Of a stretch of DNA of 64,000 nt, positions 28,279-39,275 are shown piece by piece. Position 1 is the first letter of the stretch. Each line of letters starts with the position of its first letter. The DNA is taken from positions 1 to 64,000 of the IMG/VR virus record IMGVR_UViG_2834293421_000001; one strand, given 5' to 3'. The position numbers and the translations under genes are program-made. The DNA is from a virus (taxonomy: Duplodnaviria; Caudoviricetes). The notes beneath the pieces were generated by a model. That model was not told the origin of the DNA and did no database searches. It saw nothing but the letters and a program-made list of their open reading frames with translations.

Positions 28279-30978
28279 ATGAGTAATAAAAAAATAGTAA
28301 AAGTATGTATCTTTAATCAAAGTGCAAATCCAGATGAAGTTGTTTATTCAAATGGGGATAAGATACTTGATAATATAATAATAGAGGCTAAAACAGATGA
28401 ACATCTTTTAACTGGTGAGTATTATTTAGATTTAGTTTCCCTGATAGATAAAGAAGGACTTCATGAATCTTTAATTGAGGAAGCTATTATCAAGGTCCAG
28501 TTAGACTATGGAAATGAATATTTTAGAATAGCTAAAGTAAATAGAAGTAGTAGAGATGTAAAAGTATTTGCTAGACAAATTACAATATCTGAAATGCTTG
28601 ATATGTGGATTGAGGATACTAGACCAACAGATACTAGTGGACAAGGTGCATTATCAATATTAAGACAAAAATCAATAGGTAAAAAAGATATACAAATCTT
28701 TTCAGATATAGAAAAGATTAATACAGCTTATTATATGAAAATGAATTTATATCAAGCTATATATGATTGTGATCAATCCTTTGTAAATAGATGGGGTGGA
28801 GAAACCTTAAGAAGAGGGTACACTGTTTCTATAAACAATAGAATAGGAGCAGATAGAGGTGTTCAAATACGTTCTAGGAAAAATCTAACTGGATTTGAAG
28901 CTAAAACAGATATAGATAATGTATGTACTAGAATTAAGCCAACTGGATTTGATGGTATAACTATAGATGGATATATAGATAGTCCTCTTATAAAGAAATA
29001 TAGTGCGGTTAAGACAAAAGAAATTAAATATGAATCTGTAAAAGTAAGAGATGAAAAAAATCCTGATGAAGGATTTAACACACTTAAAGAGGCTCAAGAA
29101 GAACTTAAGAGATTAGCAAAATTAGAATTTACACAAAAGCATATAGATGAATTAAGAGCATCATATAAAATTAATTTTGTACAACTTGAATACACAGAAG
29201 AATATAAAAACTATGTTCAAGCTGAAAGAGTCTATTTAGGCGATACAGTCAATGTATATGAAGAAAAACATAAAGTACATGTTAATGTTAGATGTATTAG
29301 AAAGAAATATGATGTTTTAAGACAAAGAACTATAGAAATTGAGTTATCAAATACAGATATAAGTCAAAAGTCTATAACTACTTCGGATATATTAGCAGAG
29401 TTAAACTCTATAATAAAAGATACTAAAAATAATAACGTACAAGATATTATCCAAAGTATGATAAACTCAGGAATTAAAGACAGTTATGTGATTCCTAGAC
29501 AAAATGAAATTATAGTAGCTGACAATAAGGATTTAAATTTAGCTCAAAATGTTTGTAGATTAAATAAAAATGGATTGGCTTTTTCTAAAGATGGCTACAA
29601 AGGAAAATATAGTTATGGATTTACAATAAATGGAGTTATAAACGCTAGTTTAATCGCAACTGGTATACTTAGTACAATAATGATTCAAAATAGGGATGGA
29701 AGCTTACAAATTGATTTATCTGGTACAAATGGAGTTAAGTTTTTAAAAAATGGAATTAAAGCTGTGGAATTAGCAGGCAATATAATGAATTTTTATGATT
29801 GGGATGGTGTAGGTAATCCAATAGGAAAGTTATTTTCTGCAAGATTATTTAATACTGAAACTCCAGGAATAACATTATCTAATACTTTAGATAGTTATTT
29901 AGGGATAGCTTATGAAAATCCTAGTGCTACAAATGGAACATTCCCATTTTATATTTTATTTGATAAATATAATAAAACAGGAAAAGCACCATACCCAATA
30001 ATGATAAGAGAAAATATGTGTATGAATGGATATAATTTAATTTTAGATAAAGATGGTTTAAATGAAATATATAGATCTACTGATGGTAATAATTTTATAA
30101 ATAAAGCAACTAATTATTGGGGAGTTGTTGGAAGTAATCTTAAATGGAAAATGAAATTAGGAAATAACAGTCTTTATTTATGTGATTTAGATACTGACAA
30201 AACATATTTTAATTCTAGTCATTATGAAACATATTTTGGAGATAATTCAGGATATAAGTATTCATCTTTTAAAAAAGGTATTTGCGAATTATTTAATGGC
30301 CCAAAAAGATATTGTTTGATTTCAGAAAATGAAACATTTTTTGGAGATAGTTCAGGACATAAATATGCAAATTTCAAACCCGGAACAATCACACTTTGGG
30401 ATTCTAGTAGAAATGCATATTTCTTTGTATCTAATATAGGAAACTTAGTATCTAAGTTAAAGTTCATTGCAGATAATGGGATAGAAGTAAGAGGAGATTT
30501 AAAAGTTTACGGGAATAAAAACTGTATTCAAAAAACTAAAAAATATGGAGAAAGATTATTCTATAGTGTAGAGGATTGCGAAAGTTATTTAACTGATAGA
30601 AGTTTGCACTTATTAACTGTAGAAGAAGTTAAACATAATAATAAAGTTACATATGAAAGAGTAGTTCTATTAGATAATATATTTAAAGATAGTGTTAACC
30701 TTGATTTAGATTATACAGTTGAGATAATAAAGCAAGGCTGGGGAGATTACAGAATAAAAGAACAAACAAAAGATTATTTTGTGGTGGAATCAGATAGAAA
30801 AGATTTTACTTTTAAATATGTTGTAACAGCTAAAAGACAAGGATTTGAAGAAGAAAGAAATAAAGAAGTCTTTTTAGATGCTTTAAAAGAAAATAATTTA
30901 AATAGTGATATTATTGAAAATAAAGAGTATTGGAGATTATATACAGAAAAAGAAGGTGATAGTATTGGCAATAAATAA
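28279..30978 (+). CDS. Tail spike/endopeptidase-family (Tal-like) protein
   Basis: FVNRWGGE, GVQIRSRKNL, TRIKPTG, LGDTV. Confidence 0.85.
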   Translation: MSNKKIVKVCIFNQSANPDEVVYSNGDKILDNIIIEAKTDEHLLTGEYYLDLVSLIDKEGLHESLIEEAIIKVQLDYGNEYFRIAKVNRSSRDVKVFARQITISEMLDMWIEDTRPTDTSGQGALSILRQKSIGKKDIQIFSDIEKINTAYYMKMNLYQAIYDCDQSFVNRWGGETLRRGYTVSINNRIGADRGVQIRSRKNLTGFEAKTDIDNVCTRIKPTGFDGITIDGYIDSPLIKKYSAVKTKEIKYESVKVRDEKNPDEGFNTLKEAQEELKRLAKLEFTQKHIDELRASYKINFVQLEYTEEYKNYVQAERVYLGDTVNVYEEKHKVHVNVRCIRKKYDVLRQRTIEIELSNTDISQKSITTSDILAELNSIIKDTKNNNVQDIIQSMINSGIKDSYVIPRQNEIIVADNKDLNLAQNVCRLNKNGLAFSKDGYKGKYSYGFTINGVINASLIATGILSTIMIQNRDGSLQIDLSGTNGVKFLKNGIKAVELAGNIMNFYDWDGVGNPIGKLFSARLFNTETPGITLSNTLDSYLGIAYENPSATNGTFPFYILFDKYNKTGKAPYPIMIRENMCMNGYNLILDKDGLNEIYRSTDGNNFINKATNYWGVVGSNLKWKMKLGNNSLYLCDLDTDKTYFNSSHYETYFGDNSGYKYSSFKKGICELFNGPKRYCLISENETFFGDSSGHKYANFKPGTITLWDSSRNAYFFVSNIGNLVSKLKFIADNGIEVRGDLKVYGNKNCIQKTKKYGERLFYSVEDCESYLTDRSLHLLTVEEVKHNNKVTYERVVLLDNIFKDSVNLDLDYTVEIIKQGWGDYRIKEQTKDYFVVESDRKDFTFKYVVTAKRQGFEEERNKEVFLDALKENNLNSDIIENKEYWRLYTEKEGDSIGNK

Positions 30979-33313
30979 CTTTCATTTTAAGTTAGATATA
31001 GAAAGAGAAGACCATATACCCAAATTCCGACTAAAGCAGTATGACACTGCTATTTTTTATGCAAGTCTTTATAAAAATGGGCTTCCTTATCATTTTGAAA
31101 ATGAAACAATTAAAATGTTTGTAAAGAAAGCAGATGGAACTATAGTTTATCAAGAAGATAATATAACTATTCAAGATGATGAAGTTAAAATAAATGTAAA
31201 AAATCAAGCATTAACAAGTGCTGGATTAACTTATGCTGAATTAGAATTAAAATCATTAAGTGGTCAAGTAACAACAGCTACATTTGTATTTGATGTAAGA
31301 GAAAAGGTAGGCTCTGATAAGGCTATAGAATCTATTACAGATATATGTACTTTAGAAAAAATTGACAAGTATGTTGGACAAGCTAAAAAAGAACTAGATA
31401 AATTTAAACAAGACCTTTCTAAATTAGAGGATTTAGTAGCAAATAAAGATAAACTAGAAGGTCAAAATACAGAAGCTAAAATTAATGTAAAGGAACTAGA
31501 AAGAGTTTTAGAGCAAGCTAATAATATAGTTGATAATGGTGGTAAAAAGGTTATAGGTAACAATATAATTTCAGAAAGCTCAAATGGTTATATACAAGAT
31601 ATAAAACTAACTGGTAAAACAATACTAGTTAATAATCTAAATGAAGAAGTTGAGCCAGGAACAGCAGGAGCTACACTTAAATCCGTAGGGGATGGAGTAG
31701 ACAACATAGAGATTTTAACTATTAAGGCAGATAATAATTTATTTAATCCTAATGAATGTATAAATGGGAAATATGTAGCTGATGGTGGAGTTTTAGATGT
31801 TTCATCTATTAATCCAACTGACTTTAACGTTGCTTTTATAAAAATTCCTACAGGTGATTTTTCAATAACTATAAGTGGGTTAACAAATAGTGTTGTAACT
31901 GGAAATCAATCTGCTTATATAGGATTTTATGATAAAAATAAAAATCCTATAAACTCTGCGATTTTTAATGTTAAAAATCCATTCACTAAAACATTTACTA
32001 ATTCAGATCTAGGATTTATAGCTGTAACTGTTAAAAATGAAGATTTAGGCACTTTAAATGTAACTATAGGAAATGAAGTAAAACCCTATACAAAATATGA
32101 AGGAAGTAAAAAAAAGCTTTTATATTATGTTCCTGTACTTAAATCGTGGATGAAACCTATTCTACGAGGTGTAAACAATGGGTTAAAAGATACAGTAGAA
32201 AGCTATAATAATAAAGTTTATTATCATAAGAAATGTATAGAATTTAATATAAATGGCAGTGAAAATTGGGTATTTGATGCTGATTTAGGGAATACAATTA
32301 GATGTTATCTAAGAAACTCAAATTTATCTCCTGGATTAGTTGTATCTGATAAATTTAATTCTATAGAAAACTATACACTTGATAATGAACATATATATAC
32401 TTCTAAAGGTATTTTATGGTTATTTCTAAATAAATCTAAAGCTACAGATTTAAATTCTTTTAAAAATTATTTTAAAGTAACTCCAACTACTGTAGTTTGC
32501 CCAATGATTAAAGAGGAAGTTTATGAATGCTTAGATATATCAACTAGGTCTTTTAATCCTCAAACTTTATTTTCAGTAAGTAGTGGAGCAATAGATCCTC
32601 AAGTAGAATATTATATACCTTCTTCTTTTGTATCTTCGGATAGTTCAATATCTGAAAAGCTTGAAAATGTTGATGATAGTTTATTAAAGCTTATGTTTGA
32701 TTTTTTAGGACATAAGCATGATTCTAGATATGAAAGAATAGATTTAGGAACTGTTAAAGATTTTAACACAGCTCTTACACCAGGCAAATATTGGGTAGCT
32801 GCAGATGATAAAATTCCTAATGGCCCTTATGGTGGAGGGATATGGGGTTATTTAGAAGTATCATCTACAAGTGAAACAGAAACTGCACAAACATTTACTA
32901 GCAGTATTAATGGATCAAAATTTTTTAGGCTATTAAACTTTCAAGGAAAATGGACTAATTGGTCAAAAACTCCTGTAGTAACTGATTTCGTAACAGGAAA
33001 TGTAGAGGGCAAACACTATGCAATATTTCCAAACGGATTAATGATACAATGGGGTAATTTAATATTGAATTTCCCAGGAGGTTGTAATAATACTAAAGGC
33101 TATGTTTATTTTCCAAAAACCTTCACAAGTGACTTTATATTTACTGGATCTCTAGCTAGAAATAATTGGGCTGGATATTCTGAGACTATAGCAGTCCTTG
33201 CTGAGGATAATTCTAGTCGTGGTTTCGTTGAAGCTAGATGTATTGATAGTTCTGTATATCCGACTAGTGATAAAACCGTAACTATTAACTGGATTGCGAT
33301 AGGGAGGTATTAA
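30965..33313 (+). CDS. BppU-like baseplate/receptor-binding tail protein
   Basis: N-terminal KQYDT...KKADG BppU-like; C-terminal FPNGLMIQWG...FPKTF...NWIAIG gp53-like. Confidence 0.8.
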   Translation: MAINNFHFKLDIEREDHIPKFRLKQYDTAIFYASLYKNGLPYHFENETIKMFVKKADGTIVYQEDNITIQDDEVKINVKNQALTSAGLTYAELELKSLSGQVTTATFVFDVREKVGSDKAIESITDICTLEKIDKYVGQAKKELDKFKQDLSKLEDLVANKDKLEGQNTEAKINVKELERVLEQANNIVDNGGKKVIGNNIISESSNGYIQDIKLTGKTILVNNLNEEVEPGTAGATLKSVGDGVDNIEILTIKADNNLFNPNECINGKYVADGGVLDVSSINPTDFNVAFIKIPTGDFSITISGLTNSVVTGNQSAYIGFYDKNKNPINSAIFNVKNPFTKTFTNSDLGFIAVTVKNEDLGTLNVTIGNEVKPYTKYEGSKKKLLYYVPVLKSWMKPILRGVNNGLKDTVESYNNKVYYHKKCIEFNINGSENWVFDADLGNTIRCYLRNSNLSPGLVVSDKFNSIENYTLDNEHIYTSKGILWLFLNKSKATDLNSFKNYFKVTPTTVVCPMIKEEVYECLDISTRSFNPQTLFSVSSGAIDPQVEYYIPSSFVSSDSSISEKLENVDDSLLKLMFDFLGHKHDSRYERIDLGTVKDFNTALTPGKYWVAADDKIPNGPYGGGIWGYLEVSSTSETETAQTFTSSINGSKFFRLLNFQGKWTNWSKTPVVTDFVTGNVEGKHYAIFPNGLMIQWGNLILNFPGGCNNTKGYVYFPKTFTSDFIFTGSLARNNWAGYSETIAVLAEDNSSRGFVEARCIDSSVYPTSDKTVTINWIAIGRY

Positions 33314-33314
33314 A

Positions 33315-33812
33315 ATGAAAATGTATATATCATTTGATAAAGACACACTTAAAATTAAAGGGTATTATGATGATTTAAGTTCAAATATACCTAGTCCTTA
33401 TATTTTGATTAATGAAGACCTATATAAATATTTACAAGGATTAACAAGTGATTTTAAACTAAAAGAAAACTTCATGTTAAAAGAGATTTATACAATTGAA
33501 GATAAAGATATATTTGAAATAATTCCTTTTGAGTATGAAAAACCAAAACCAACTAGAACTGATTTATTAGAAAAACAAAATGCATTTTTAATAAAAGAAA
33601 GTCTAGAAAAAGATATTCAAATTAAGGAATTAAATATAAACTTAGAACAAGCAACTTTAAAATCAATTAACAAAGATATTGAAATAAATAATTTAAATAG
33701 TAATATGGCTCAAACAACTTTAAATTTAGTTAATAAAGATATACAAGTTAAAGATATAGAAAAAGATGTTGCTAATCTAATATTAAAATCATTAACATTA
33801 GGAGGTAATTAA
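33315..33812 (+). CDS. Tail-associated hypothetical protein with 21-aa coiled-coil repeats
   Basis: KDIQIKELN/KDIEINNLN/KDIQVKDIE repeats. Confidence 0.7.
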   Translation: MKMYISFDKDTLKIKGYYDDLSSNIPSPYILINEDLYKYLQGLTSDFKLKENFMLKEIYTIEDKDIFEIIPFEYEKPKPTRTDLLEKQNAFLIKESLEKDIQIKELNINLEQATLKSINKDIEINNLNSNMAQTTLNLVNKDIQVKDIEKDVANLILKSLTLGGN

Positions 33813-33814
33813 AA

Positions 33815-34000
33815 ATGGATAAATGGTATTTTGAAATGGCAAAGAAATATTTTGATTTAAAAATATATAAGGTAGATGATGTTAGGTTATTTGTTCAAGC
33901 TGAAAGAATAACAAAAGAACAGTTTAAAGAAATAACTGGCGAAGATTACGATAAGCCTACTAATAATTTACCGATGGTTATAACTGAAGATAGACAATAA
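33815..34000 (+). CDS. XkdX-family protein
   Basis: FVQAERITKEQFKEITGEDY. Confidence 0.88.
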   Translation: MDKWYFEMAKKYFDLKIYKVDDVRLFVQAERITKEQFKEITGEDYDKPTNNLPMVITEDRQ

Positions 34001-34055
34001 ATAATGAAGGACTATAAAAGATAGTTCTATTTTTATGCAATTTTTAGGAGGGTGT

Positions 34056-34289
34056 ATGAATAATGAAGTAGCAGACCATATGTTAGAAGCACATGAAAGA
34101 CGTATTAATAATCATTCTGAAAGATTAGATAAATTAGAACAGAGTGATGCTAAAAGAGAAATACAAATAGATAATTTATGTAAAAGTATAGAAGGACTTG
34201 TAAACACATTAAAATGGGGCTTTGGCTTTATATGTAGTGGTGTTATAGGTTTCTTTTTTTATGCAATACAAAATCATTTATTTAAATAA
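34056..34289 (+). CDS. XhlA-like hemolysin/holin accessory
   Basis: HERRINNHSERLDKLE, C-terminal TM. Confidence 0.85.
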   Translation: MNNEVADHMLEAHERRINNHSERLDKLEQSDAKREIQIDNLCKSIEGLVNTLKWGFGFICSGVIGFFFYAIQNHLFK

Positions 34290-34305
34290 AAAGGAGATAA
34301 GTTAA

Positions 34306-34557
34306 ATGGAAACAATAATTAAATTTGTACCTGAGCAGTTACTGATATTAGTAGCTGCTCTTTATGTTGTAGGAATGTTTTTAAAGAAAACACCAAAAGT
34401 AAAAGATTGGAGTATACCTTGGATTTTATTAGTTTTAGGTATTGGTTTTAGTATATCTATAATGGGATTGAATTCTACAAGTATTTTACAAGGTATAATT
34501 TGTAGCTTTGGGGCAATAGCAACAAACCAGATTGTAAAACAAACAATTAATAAATGA
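34306..34557 (+). CDS. Holin
   Basis: Three hydrophobic segments, KKTPKVKDWSIP, NQIVKQ. Confidence 0.88.
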   Translation: METIIKFVPEQLLILVAALYVVGMFLKKTPKVKDWSIPWILLVLGIGFSISIMGLNSTSILQGIICSFGAIATNQIVKQTINK

Positions 34558-34663
34558 TAAAATTTTTGTAATCAAAAATAGTGTATACTAGGTTTTATTA
34601 TAAAAAATAAGATATTTAAATAGCTATTTATATATAAAAAATAAATGATAGGAGGAATTAATT

Positions 34664-35605
34664 ATGAAAAAAAATATTACAGATCCAGGACATGGAGGAT
34701 ATGATTCAGGGGCACCAGGAGTTCATGGATGTTTAGAAAAAGACGTAGTTTTAGATGTGGCTAATAGGGTTGCTGAATATTTAAAAAATCAAAATATAGA
34801 GAATATAAATACTAGAACTACGGATGTATTTGTTACTTTAAATGATAGAACTAATGAAGCTAATAAATTAGGGGTAAACTCATTTGTATCAATACACTGT
34901 AATAGTTCTGAAAATCCTAATGCACAAGGGTTAGAAACTTATTGCTATAAGTTCAAATATAGAGATTTAGCTGATGTTGTGCACTCTGAATTAATAAAAG
35001 CAGGGCTTTACACTAAAGATAGAGGTGTAAAAGAAGGAAATTTACATGTAGTAAGAGAATCTAACATGCCTGCTTGTTTGGTTGAATTAGGATTTATAAC
35101 TAATGAAGAGGACTATAATTTAATAATGAACAATAAAGATGGATTTGCTAAAGCAATAGCTAAAGGAATATGTAAGTTCAATGGAGTTACTTGGAATGAA
35201 TCCTCTGACATATTACCAAATAAAAATATTGATGTTACTTATCAAGTATATACAAATGGAAGATGGCTTCCTAATGTAACTAAAGCAAATGATTTTGCAG
35301 GAATTTTTGGAAGCCCTATACAAGCTATATATGCTAACTTAAATCAAGGAAGTATAAGCTATAGAGTCCATACAGTAAATGGAACTTGGTTACCTTGGGT
35401 AACAGATAGAAGTGATTATGCAGGCATATATGGTAAAAATATAGATGGTTTACAAATGCAATTAATAGGATTAGATAACTATAGTGTTGAATATAGCGTA
35501 TATGTAGAGGGTAGATGGCTTCCTTGGGTTATAGATTTAAATGACTATGCAGGTATATACGGTAAAGTTATAGAAGCAATACAAGTACAAGTTATTAGAA
35601 AATAA
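34664..35605 (+). CDS. Endolysin: N-acetylmuramoyl-L-alanine amidase (Amidase_3) with three C-terminal cell-binding repeats
   Basis: DPGHGG, EKD, SIHCNS, LVELGFITN; repeats WLPWV..D.AGIYG. Confidence 0.95.
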   Translation: MKKNITDPGHGGYDSGAPGVHGCLEKDVVLDVANRVAEYLKNQNIENINTRTTDVFVTLNDRTNEANKLGVNSFVSIHCNSSENPNAQGLETYCYKFKYRDLADVVHSELIKAGLYTKDRGVKEGNLHVVRESNMPACLVELGFITNEEDYNLIMNNKDGFAKAIAKGICKFNGVTWNESSDILPNKNIDVTYQVYTNGRWLPNVTKANDFAGIFGSPIQAIYANLNQGSISYRVHTVNGTWLPWVTDRSDYAGIYGKNIDGLQMQLIGLDNYSVEYSVYVEGRWLPWVIDLNDYAGIYGKVIEAIQVQVIRK

Positions 35606-35611
35606 ATAGAT

Positions 35612-35655
35612 AAAAAAGAGTACCAAATAAAAAACTTATTTGGTACTCTTTTTTT
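35612..35655. terminator. Bidirectional terminator
   Basis: aaaaaagagtaccaaataa...ttatttggtactctttttt. Confidence 0.88.
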
Positions 35656-35671
35656 ATTGAAATCTAGGTCC

Positions 35672-36175
35672 TTAGTGTGATGGGTGTGTCCCTATATCAT
35701 TACTTACGTCCACGACATGATTATCAGATTCAGGTGTATCAAAATTATCACAAGGGATGTTTTCTTCTTGAGGAATTGTTTTTTCTAGTGATGTTTCATC
35801 ATGTTTTTGAATGTTTTTATCATCCGATTGGTTTATATCTTTTTCTATATTTGTACTTTCTATAACTTTATGTTTTACTTCAGCTTGTGGTGTTTCTACA
35901 GGTTTTTTATTTTTAGAAGTTTCTGTTTTGATTTCTTCAGAATCCGTATTCTTACTATTTTCTGTTGTCTTTTCAACAATATCTTTATCTTTTTCTATTT
36001 TTTTAGAATCGTCTTTCTTAACTTCTTTTTTACTCTTTTCTTCTTTTATTACTTTTTCATGTTTAGGTTTTTCATTTTTATGTACATCTTTATTTGATGT
36101 ATTGATATTACTTATAAAAAATCCAGAGCCTAAAATGACAATACTACTTAATATACCGATTAACCCTTTTTTCAT
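35672..36175 (-). CDS. Membrane-anchored/secreted charged low-complexity protein (moron)
   Basis: N-terminal hydrophobic helix, K/E-rich body, RBS GAGGGG. Confidence 0.75.
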   Translation of the reverse strand: MKKGLIGILSSIVILGSGFFISNINTSNKDVHKNEKPKHEKVIKEEKSKKEVKKDDSKKIEKDKDIVEKTTENSKNTDSEEIKTETSKNKKPVETPQAEVKHKVIESTNIEKDINQSDDKNIQKHDETSLEKTIPQEENIPCDNFDTPESDNHVVDVSNDIGTHPSH

Positions 36176-36763
36176 AATATCCCTCCTATATAATTCTATA
36201 TTTATAATAACATAAATTTTTATTACAAAAAATGGAAAATATATAAATAAATTGCAATTTATCTTATTTGGTATAATTTTATAGTTAATTTAATCTAGGG
36301 ATACTTTAAGTCTTAATGTAAAAAACTATATATATTTAGTGAGGTACTGGGTACTTATATAAATTTATTAATTGAAGAAAGAAATAAATTAAAAATAAGT
36401 AAATTTGATTTGAACTTATAACTTGAACTTTAGTAATATATTTATATATATCAAATTCATTAAATATTCATGTAAGGACAAATAAAGGCATTGTTAAGGA
36501 GAAAGCACAGTTTTAAACTGTGACTTTTATATGATTAAAAAAAGTAGATAGTTAATGATTACTTTTTTAGTTATTTGCATATTAAAAATATTAATAACCA
36601 TATGGATAAGTATAGAAGGATTTAGAGGAAAGAAAGGAATTAAGTATGTTAACTCTTACTATTTAGAATTAATTTAAAGTAAATAAAAATAAGTATTAAT
36701 TCAATAATTACTTCAGATAAAGAACTTAATTATCTAGTTGTTAGAAAGGAGTAATATGGTAAT

Positions 36764-37035
36764 TTACTTCGCCCCAATTGTTTGACAAAAAAATTAAAAG
36801 ATGGGGAGTTTTTATATGTCAAAACATAATTGTAAGTTTAGGCTAAAAGTTGTTAAATCTTATTCAAATGGAGATGATGGATACAAGTTAATAGCAAAAC
36901 AGTATGGCATTTATATATATGTACAAGATAAAAGATGAGTTAATAGTTATAAAGTATTGTGAGCAGATATCTTAAAAAGAAAAAATAAGCATAGTTCATA
37001 TACTGTACAATTCAAATTAGATGCGTTTAATTGTA
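36764..37035 (+). pseudogene. Degenerate IS3/IS150-family orfA remnant with left end
   Basis: ccccaa..ttgaca..tgggg end structure, then MSKHNCKFRLKVVKSY..GYKLIAKQYGI..KR*VNSYK..YTVQFKLDA with stops. Confidence 0.7.
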
Positions 37036-37256
37036 AATGTTATGCATAAAATGCTTTTTATATTTATTAATTTAATGCCAATGAGTATTTACAAAAATAT
37101 ACATATACTATAGTATGATTAAAATAATATTAAATAAAAATAATATATTGATTAGGAGTTAGGTTGAGTAATATTAAAATATATTGTTAATAAATACAAA
37201 ATATAGTATTATTATTATGATAATAACATAATAGACTTTAATAAGGGGGAAACTAA

Positions 37257-38195
37257 ATGAGCAGTAGCACAACACTATATTATGCCAAGGTAAATTTAAA
37301 TTCATCACATATATTTGATGTTTATGATCAGGTATGCAGTTTAGAAGATGTTTTAAAAAAATTATATAACTCTATATCTAAAGGCATAGCTCATAAAAGA
37401 GTTGACGAATATAATGGAGTTGAAACATACAGAGCTAACTACTCTTTTGAAAATATAGAGAAAAATGAAGACGAGGTATATATATATGGAACTGTAGTAA
37501 AAAAATCAGATATATATGCAAATCAAAGAGATAAAGATGATAAACCTATAAAGGTTCCTGTAGAAAATGAGGAATATATAAAATTTTACTTTGATGTGTT
37601 GAATGAAACTATAGTATTTCATACAACAAATAGATTTGGATATATGGAGTTTATAGAGGCTATTTCTATACTTTTAAATACTAGTATAAATAATGTATAT
37701 GGAAATGAAGATGAATGTTATCACTTTGATGTTAGCTTAAAAAGATGCAATTTAAATATAGAAGATATTAAGGAGGAATTAAAGAGACTCAAGTATGTGG
37801 AAACACTAAAAATTGATATAATACCTCCAAACCCTGATCCAGATATATTAGATGAAATAAGAAAAAATGGTGAAGAGCGATTAGAATATCTAAAAAATGG
37901 GAATGTAACATATAAGAGTACATTACTTCAATCAAAATCTTCAACAGGTATAGTTCTTGACTCAGATATTGTAAATAAAGAGTTAGATGAAGCTGTAAAT
38001 TTACACTCCAAGTTAAGTAGTGAAGATGCTTTAAATAAAGGTTATATTCAAGTTGAGGCTGTGTCTAGAGAGGGAGGAACATACTCAACTAAAGATAATC
38101 AACCTATTAAACAAGTAATAGATAAATACCATATGGAGGATTTTGAAAGTTTTGTCTCATTTTGTAAGAGAAGCATAAAAGCTTTATTCAATTAG
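37257..38195 (+). CDS. DUF4747-like soluble protein (cargo)
   Basis: FYFDVLNETIVF...IIPPNPD pattern recalled from DUF4747; unverified. Confidence 0.6.
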   Translation: MSSSTTLYYAKVNLNSSHIFDVYDQVCSLEDVLKKLYNSISKGIAHKRVDEYNGVETYRANYSFENIEKNEDEVYIYGTVVKKSDIYANQRDKDDKPIKVPVENEEYIKFYFDVLNETIVFHTTNRFGYMEFIEAISILLNTSINNVYGNEDECYHFDVSLKRCNLNIEDIKEELKRLKYVETLKIDIIPPNPDPDILDEIRKNGEERLEYLKNGNVTYKSTLLQSKSSTGIVLDSDIVNKELDEAVNLHSKLSSEDALNKGYIQVEAVSREGGTYSTKDNQPIKQVIDKYHMEDFESFVSFCKRSIKALFN

Positions 38196-38210
38196 AGGTG
38201 AAAATCAAAT

Positions 38211-38933
38211 ATGATTAAAAGATTTTTTAAGTATAATAAATTTAATGAAATTGCAAACTTAAAACTTATAGAATGTAAAATAGCATTTTTAACAACCCTT
38301 ATACTTTTATTTGTTTTCTACAAGATTAAGATATATGATGAATTTAAACTATTTGAACCTGCTGTTCAAAATGTAGCAATATATATTGCAGCTGCACTAA
38401 TAGGAATGTTAGGTATAATATTAGCAGGTATTGCATTTATGACATCATCATTAAACAAAGAAAATATGGAATCAATAGAGAAAATCAATGGATCTAATTC
38501 AATAGAAAAAGTTTTAGTAAGTTTTGAATTTCTTGCTTTTTTAGTTGGAATTCAAGTTATTGAATTTTTTACAATATACATAATTCTTTTTTCAACTTTA
38601 AACTTAGTAGGTGAAATTACATTTTACGGATTAGCTGCATTGATAACGTATTTATTTACATTTACATTGTTTTATACGGTTGTGTTAGTAGGAGACTCTA
38701 TACAGTTCTTTTTACTAACAAGAACTTATGATAAAATTAATGAAATGGATAAAAGTGTAGTAAGTATAGCTAATGAAGTTAAAATAGACTTTATATTAAA
38801 AATACTTATAGAAAATTATGGGATCGAAGTTGAGGAGATAACAAGTAAGTTAATTGAACATTGTGAGAATTGTACTATTGATAAAAAAGAAGATGTTATA
38901 ACCTATTTGAAAAATATGTATTTTGAAAAATAG
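38211..38933 (+). CDS. Four-TM membrane protein co-transcribed with 37257
   Basis: Four hydrophobic segments; 15-nt gap; terminator aagaagcactc...gagtgcttctttt follows. Confidence 0.75.
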   Translation: MIKRFFKYNKFNEIANLKLIECKIAFLTTLILLFVFYKIKIYDEFKLFEPAVQNVAIYIAAALIGMLGIILAGIAFMTSSLNKENMESIEKINGSNSIEKVLVSFEFLAFLVGIQVIEFFTIYIILFSTLNLVGEITFYGLAALITYLFTFTLFYTVVLVGDSIQFFLLTRTYDKINEMDKSVVSIANEVKIDFILKILIENYGIEVEEITSKLIEHCENCTIDKKEDVITYLKNMYFEK

Positions 38934-39215
38934 ATTTTTTATACTTAATAATAAGACATAAGAAGCACTCAATACGAGTGCTTCTTTTTATTTATAAGAT
39001 TTAAAATGTTGATTTTATTAATCTCCAATATTAAGTTAACTAGAAAGTATGTGTATAGAATTAAATTATATTTAATATATATTCTACAATATGAACTATA
39101 TTAGATATAGTTATTTTGTAGAATATAACTTTGTTTTGTGTAAGTTAATTATAATATTATAATCAATTGAACTAATAATGATAAATATGAATATTTATTG
39201 CACTTATCCTTAAAT

Positions 39216-39275
39216 GTAAAAAATAAATGTTATCATCAAACTGACTATTGAATATCGGTTCTAACATTTACTTTA
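39216..39275. other. Right attachment junction of prophage 1
   Basis: Inverted repeat taaatgtta (39224-32)/taacattta (39262-70) centred on 39247, where the host ORF stops. Confidence 0.8.

Larger units (their letters stand above)
1..39247. mobile_element. Prophage 1 (siphovirus-like, pac-type head), integrated in a ytlA-like gene; left att lies outside the window
   Basis: Canonical order integrase-immunity-replication-packaging-head-tail-lysis-cargo; ends where the host binding-protein ORF is truncated, at the centre of an inverted repeat. Confidence 0.93.

Noticed and set aside
38990-39240. SprB-like excision gene next to the right att
   Set aside because: No credible ORF; the better candidates lie in the early operons
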